A DNA stretch of 12,019 nt from Synechococcus sp. Its GTDB lineage: Bacteria > Cyanobacteriota > Cyanobacteriia > Thermostichales > PCC-7336. Shown here piece by piece: positions 8,339 to 12,019 of the stretch. The DNA is taken from positions 1 through 12,019 of the forward strand of contig JBFRWD010000071.1 of NCBI GenBank assembly GCA_051439425.1, written 5' to 3'. The notes below the pieces were generated by a model. It was not told the origin of the DNA, did no database searches, and saw only the letters and a program-made list of their open reading frames with translations. Each line of letters starts with the position of its first letter. Position 1 is the first letter of the stretch. Made by a program: the position numbers and the translations under genes.

Positions 8339-10228
8339 CTAGGTAGCAATCTGACCAGCCATCTGCTGGATCTTAATAATGACGAACTCAGCTGGCTTGA
8401 GCGGGGCAAACCCAACCACAATATTGACAATGCCCAGATTGATATCATTCTGGGGTGTAGTTTCTTTGTCGCACTTAACGAAGTAAGACTCGCGAGGGGT
8501 ACTTCCCTGGAAGGCTCCTTGCCGAAATAGATTTTGCATAAAAGCCCCGATATTAAGTCGAATCTGAGCCCACAGAGGCTCGTCATTCGGCTCGAAGACC
8601 ACCCACTGAGTCCCTCGATAAAGACTTTCCTCTATGAAGAGAACCAAGCGACGAATCGGAATATACTTATATTCATCTGCTAGCTGATCTGCCCCTCGGA
8701 GGGTCCGCGAACCCCAAACGACTCTGCCAATGACCGGAAAAAATCGCAGGCAGTTAATGCCGAGTGGATTCAGCATCCCATTTTCAGGATCGTTTAAGTT
8801 GACTTCCAACCCCTGTATGCCATTCAAGGTCGCGTCAATGCCAGCCGGTGCCTTCCAAACGCCCCGTGTTGTGTCAGTGCGCGCCATTACACCCGCGATA
8901 ATTCCACAGGGAACAAAAGTATCTAGCTGTCCTTCGCGTTTGGGATCGGATTGAATGACTCGTGGAAAGAATAGAGCCGCATTTCTAGCTTGTTCACCAG
9001 TTAAGCCAAGGTTTGACAGCTCACTCTTAGCTTTCGCAGCCGCTGTTTCCTTATTAGCACTCCATTCTGCTGGGGAATCAACAATCAGCATAGCGCGTCG
9101 CTCCTGACAATAAGGCAGCGCATCTTGGTATATCTCTTTCGTCGTACTCTGACCCCGCTCTTCCGGGGGAATACATAGGAGATTAAAGAGATCTGCTTTA
9201 TCAAGCGCATAGAGACCTCTTTTGTTGTCTTTTAGTCCTGACCCAGCAGTAAAATCATTGCGGTCTAGCTTGCCGCCATTGCTCCCTAGATCATCGCCTG
9301 ACACTCCAACCGAACGCTTCGTGTCTTTTTCAGAGAAAGGTTGAATCTTTTTTTCTTCATCAGTTAGGGCAGGTGTTTGGTCATCTGTCTCCTTCGGACG
9401 TAATGCCGAAAGTTGGGAAACTCTTAAAAGATTTGACTCATTTTCAAGTACCCGATCTACCCGCCTTGAACTGTCTCTAACCGTCAGATTGAGGAACCGC
9501 TCGGTATCCCCTGTATTCATATTGCGGATTGTCAGGTTAAAGAGATCGTCCTTAGTCAGAGGCTGGTAACGGTCGGCAACGTTGTCATCAATGTCGTCGT
9601 AGTCCACGCGAGCGCGTAGCGCATTTCCCCACTCTCCTTCACTAGCAGCTTCAAGCTTCAGAGGATCACCAGCTGTCGACGTTGGCAGTTTCAGGAGCGC
9701 CTTTCTGGGGAAAAGAAGTTGCGCCGCTTTTTTAAGATCGTCAACAGTGACTCCAGTCTTACCTGCCGCTGTCGCGACAGCTTCCTTGACCAAACCCGCA
9801 TACTCTTTCTCAGCTACTGGGCTATCCGCATCATCTATGATTTCGTCTGCCTTTTGATCCATGGCAGTTTTGGCAGCATCTACATCGTCGCCATCAGCCT
9901 CATCAGCTACTAGATCTGCTACTCTAAGAGCTGTATCACGATTTCCATCTGTTGCGAAGTTAGGGTGAATCAGCCGCACAATAAGCGCCTGGCTACCACC
10001 GTTCTGGTAGAAATCTTTCACAGCATAGCTCATGAGATATTCCTCATGCAGCCCACCGAATAACCGCTCGAAGTCGCCGTAGCTATTGATGGTAGTTGGT
10101 TCATTGACAGGACCCTGCAAAGTGCGACCGATGAAGGCAGCAATGGATGTAGCAACGCCTGTAATCGTGCGCACACCACTGGGAATTTCCTCGATGTAAA
10201 CGCCTGGATAAGTAGGAGTGGTAGGCAT
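8339..10228 (-). CDS. Contractile tail sheath protein (Afp2/3/4-like)
   Basis: TYPGVYIEEIPSGVRTITGVATSIAAFIG N-terminus; RTDTTRGVWKAPAG, LNPLGINCLR, VWGSRTL, WVVFEPND, GFAPLKPAEFVII C-terminal sheath motifs. AGGGAG RBS at 10237-10242. Confidence 0.97.
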   Translation of the reverse strand: MPTTPTYPGVYIEEIPSGVRTITGVATSIAAFIGRTLQGPVNEPTTINSYGDFERLFGGLHEEYLMSYAVKDFYQNGGSQALIVRLIHPNFATDGNRDTALRVADLVADEADGDDVDAAKTAMDQKADEIIDDADSPVAEKEYAGLVKEAVATAAGKTGVTVDDLKKAAQLLFPRKALLKLPTSTAGDPLKLEAASEGEWGNALRARVDYDDIDDNVADRYQPLTKDDLFNLTIRNMNTGDTERFLNLTVRDSSRRVDRVLENESNLLRVSQLSALRPKETDDQTPALTDEEKKIQPFSEKDTKRSVGVSGDDLGSNGGKLDRNDFTAGSGLKDNKRGLYALDKADLFNLLCIPPEERGQSTTKEIYQDALPYCQERRAMLIVDSPAEWSANKETAAAKAKSELSNLGLTGEQARNAALFFPRVIQSDPKREGQLDTFVPCGIIAGVMARTDTTRGVWKAPAGIDATLNGIQGLEVNLNDPENGMLNPLGINCLRFFPVIGRVVWGSRTLRGADQLADEYKYIPIRRLVLFIEESLYRGTQWVVFEPNDEPLWAQIRLNIGAFMQNLFRQGAFQGSTPRESYFVKCDKETTPQNDINLGIVNIVVGFAPLKPAEFVIIKIQQMAGQIAT

Positions 10229-10606
10229 TGGAAGTTCTCCCTTTCAATTATTTTCAAGACAACACTTGCTCAGATAGCAATAGCTCCTACAAGAGAGTTT
10301 CTGTTTCTTCTACCCATAAAGGGCGCAATCAGCTTAAATGAATTTTTGAGTATTGCTTAATGGTTAACTAGGCTGTTAATAGAGATATTGCTGAGCAAAT
10401 TGTTTAAACGAGACTGCAATTTCAACAACCCCTTATACTTATTAATTGAACACCTAAAAGCTATAATTAAAAACAGATTAAACTTCAATTGGAACAATTC
10501 TTTACGATTCCATTAACTTTCTTGAAAAGCCATAGCCAACTTGGCATTAAACTAAACTAGTTTGTGACCAAAGGATTTTCTCAATACTTAATCCTGATCG
10601 AGAGAT

Positions 10607-10762
10607 TCAAACTTTGTTTAACTTTTTTTGATGTCTAGCCATCTTTTCAAAAGGTAACCCGCAGTGCTGACATTCACCTATTTCCCATTGAAAAGGAATC
10701 AAAAAGGGAGTATGACAGTTGATACATTTAGCAAAAAAACGAACCCTATGATGATCGCATAC
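10607..10762 (-). pseudogene. tniQ: 3' remnant of a type V-K CAST-like tniQ (C-terminal zinc-finger region)
   Basis: Manual translation: VCDHHRVRFFAKCINCHTPFLIPFQWEIGECQHCGLPFEKMARHQKKLNKV*. It fits the CxxH-x6-KCxNCxxPFxxPxxWxxGxCxxCxxPFxxMAxxQK C-terminus of cyanobacterial V-K TniQ as I recall it (Scytonema hofmannii TniQ). In-frame TAG lies immediately upstream (10763-10765), and the N-terminal two-thirds is absent. Confidence 0.85.
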
Positions 10763-10830
10763 CTATAAAAATTTTTCTTAATTCTTTTTTAAGCCTTTAG
10801 TATAGTGAATAAATTAAATTTGAGAAAAAA

Positions 10831-11007
10831 TTGACACTTAATTCTTTAAACTAAAAATTGCGTTTGAAAATAATTGACATTTAATTCTTTAAATCATTCA
10901 AGTGCTACTATATGAAGTGATAATGACTGAAACATATATTTTACAGAAGTTATAGGGATTATTCACTGTGACAATAATTCTTTAAATTGGACAAATAATT
11001 CTTTAAT
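10831..11007 (-). repeat. Four ~20-bp direct repeats, putative TnsB-binding sites (consensus TTTAAAGAATTAwnTGTCA)
   Basis: Copies at 10988-11007 (ATTAAAGAATTATTTGTCCA), 10968-10986 (TTTAAAGAATTATTGTCAC), 10874-10893 (TTTAAAGAATTAAATGTCAA) and 10831-10850 (TTTAAAGAATTAAGTGTCAA). A partial fifth copy (AAAGAATTAAG) sits at ~10777-10787. Confidence 0.88.
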
Positions 11008-11012
11008 GTACA
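10831..11012 (-). mobile_element. Tn7-like transposon end of the type V-K CAST/Tn5053-like family (right-end architecture)
   Basis: Minus strand from 11012 reads TGTACATTAAAGAATTATTTGTCCAATTTAAAGAATTATTGTCAC. Terminal TGTACA is followed by two abutting repeats and two internal repeats. It coincides with the FUSC truncation point and precedes a tniQ remnant. Confidence 0.85.
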
Positions 11013-11550
11013 CTTGCCGATAATCATTGATAACCGTAGCATAGAGTTTACCAATACTGGCGATCGCTCTGATCAAGGCTGGCTCGATTTTATCAAGATC
11101 GCGGTTAGGCCAGAAGGCGATATTAACTGCCATGCCGACAGCGGCACCGAGAAAAATGTTCCAAAATCTCAAACCAATATAATTTGAAGACTCGGTAATG
11201 TAGGTTGGATTACTGACTGCCATAATAATTACAATTCCGCTAAATGCTAACAAGCGCTTGGGGATGCCAAACCAATATCCCCCAACAAGCAACACGGTTA
11301 GACCGAGGGAAAGGGTTATATAGGCATTGCCTTGAAACGCAGCATCCCGACTTATGCCTAAAGTAGCTCCGAGAGCGGCAGATTTTAGTTTATCAAGAAC
11401 ATAATCCAGGGTATCGCCAGCAATCGGATGGATGCAGAGAATAGAACCATACAGAACGTAGGTCATGCGTCTTGAATGTAAGGCATTACCGACAGCAAAA
11501 GCGAGGGCTGCTCCGAGGGCGAGTTTGAAGATATAGCGGTTTACGTTCAT
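10963..11550 (-). pseudogene. FUSC/aromatic acid exporter family membrane protein, 3'-truncated by the transposon end
   Basis: Likely start ATG 11550 (MNVNRYIFKLALG). Several TM segments and RFWNIFLGAAVGMAVNIAFWP are typical of the FUSC/ArAE N-terminal half. The native frame breaks after ...NDYRQ at 11013; the final VYIKELFVQFKELLSQ is read from the repeats. Confidence 0.8.
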
Positions 11551-11563
11551 GGCAAAAAGTACT

Positions 11564-12019
11564 TCAATTTTGAGAAGCTGGTTCGAGGTCAATCAGCAAA
11601 TCGAGATCACAACGGCGTGTCTCTAACCAAGACAAAATCTTCGAGAGGTCTGAGATCAATCCTGCCAAACGATGTTCGATCAGTCCTACTTTTAGGCGAC
11701 TTGCTAAGTCATAAGATTGGATTGTTTCTGCCGTTCTCATTCTGTTTAACTGGTCTTGCCAGCGTTGAAAGTCAGGTTTAGGATTGGGAAGTTGTCTTCC
11801 AATTTGTTGGTCAACAATTGCTAGAGATAATTTAGCAAAAGTTGTACTTAGGCTCTCACCCAAAGCGGAAAGTTCGGTCATTAGTTCGAGTAGCAGGAGA
11901 TTGTCCCGATTATCTTGAAGTAACCGACTAATGGCTAGTAAGTGGGCTAGTAATCGTGCTTGAATAGCGATCGCCTGTAACCATGCTTCCCGATTATCGC
12001 GATCTGACGAGGACAAATT
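11564..12019 (-). CDS. 3' part of a helical protein, probably the soluble C-terminal domain of a tandem FUSC-family protein; start is outside the window
   Basis: The frame is open to the right edge, Leu-rich and helical, and stops 13 nt before the next FUSC start. Family assignment is from context only. Confidence 0.55.
   Translation of the reverse strand, partial: NLSSSDRDNREAWLQAIAIQARLLAHLLAISRLLQDNRDNLLLLELMTELSALGESLSTTFAKLSLAIVDQQIGRQLPNPKPDFQRWQDQLNRMRTAETIQSYDLASRLKVGLIEHRLAGLISDLSKILSWLETRRCDLDLLIDLEPASQN

Larger units (their letters stand above)
1..11012 (-). mobile_element. Inferred body of a defective V-K CAST-family transposon carrying the eCIS operon as cargo (extends beyond the left edge)
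   Basis: The end at 11012 faces inward toward the tniQ remnant and then the eCIS genes. I saw no second end between them. The extent is inferred, since the other end is not in the window. Confidence 0.6.
89..11974. repeat. HIP1 octamer GCGATCGC, six copies
   Basis: At 89, 4794, 7546, 7952, 11060 and 11967. About 0.2 copies are expected by chance in 12 kb at equal base frequencies. HIP1 is an established cyanobacterial signature. Confidence 0.85.

Noticed and set aside
7021..10228. Prophage tail or T6SS interpretation
   Set aside because: There are no capsid, terminase or integrase genes and no TssJLM/ClpV. The DUF4255 + AAA ATPase + DUF4157 combination is characteristic of eCIS.
607..10257. 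Short overlapping ORFs of the track (e.g. 607-924, 1017-1403, 1983-2423, 4714-4974, 8329-8586, 10030-10257)
   Set aside because: All are shadows within or antisense to well-supported eCIS genes and lack motifs.
10229..10606. Specific promoter or terminator for the eCIS operon
   Set aside because: The region is AT-rich and probably regulatory, but I could not single out a convincing element. Short palindromes at 10536-10546 and 10554-10563 are within chance.
10930..10942. AAACATATATTTT imperfect palindrome as a CvkR operator
   Set aside because: It does not fit the CvkR motif as I recall it (AnnACATnATGTnnT), and the context is AT-rich.
10831..11007. Repeats as a CRISPR array or as tandem sigma70 -35 boxes (TTGACA at 10831 and 10874)
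   Set aside because: The repeats are too short and irregularly spaced for CRISPR. TTGACA is part of the repeat unit and there is no plus-strand gene to drive. The TGTACA terminus and tniQ remnant explain them better.
11551..11592. ORF-track start at 11592 for the FUSC gene
   Set aside because: It would overlap the upstream gene by 29 nt. ATG 11550, 13 nt after the upstream stop, is more plausible.

Overview
Cyanobacterial-type DNA (six HIP1 GCGATCGC sites) in which all credible genes lie on the minus strand. From 10228 down to the left edge runs a tightly coupled extracellular contractile injection system (eCIS, Afp/PVC-like) operon: sheath, tube, putative tail-assembly chaperone, low-complexity protein, Pvc16/DUF4255 cap, AAA+ ATPase, an 85-aa conserved hypothetical, a DUF4157 protein with a metalloprotease and a beta-barrel-like C-terminus, and the start of a second DUF4157-type gene that the ORF track missed. 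The apparently non-coding region upstream of the sheath holds the main hidden signal. It contains a Tn7-like transposon end of the type V-K CAST family (terminal TGTACA at 11007-11012 plus four ~20-bp TnsB-type repeats) and a 3' remnant of a V-K-type tniQ (10607-10762), while tnsB and tnsC are absent. This end truncates a FUSC/aromatic-acid-exporter gene exactly at 11012/11013. The simplest reading is that the eCIS is cargo of a now non-autonomous CAST-family transposon. The other end, cas12k/CRISPR and the eCIS baseplate genes are not in the window, so this linkage is inference. Family assignments rest on motif recognition from memory, not database searches.
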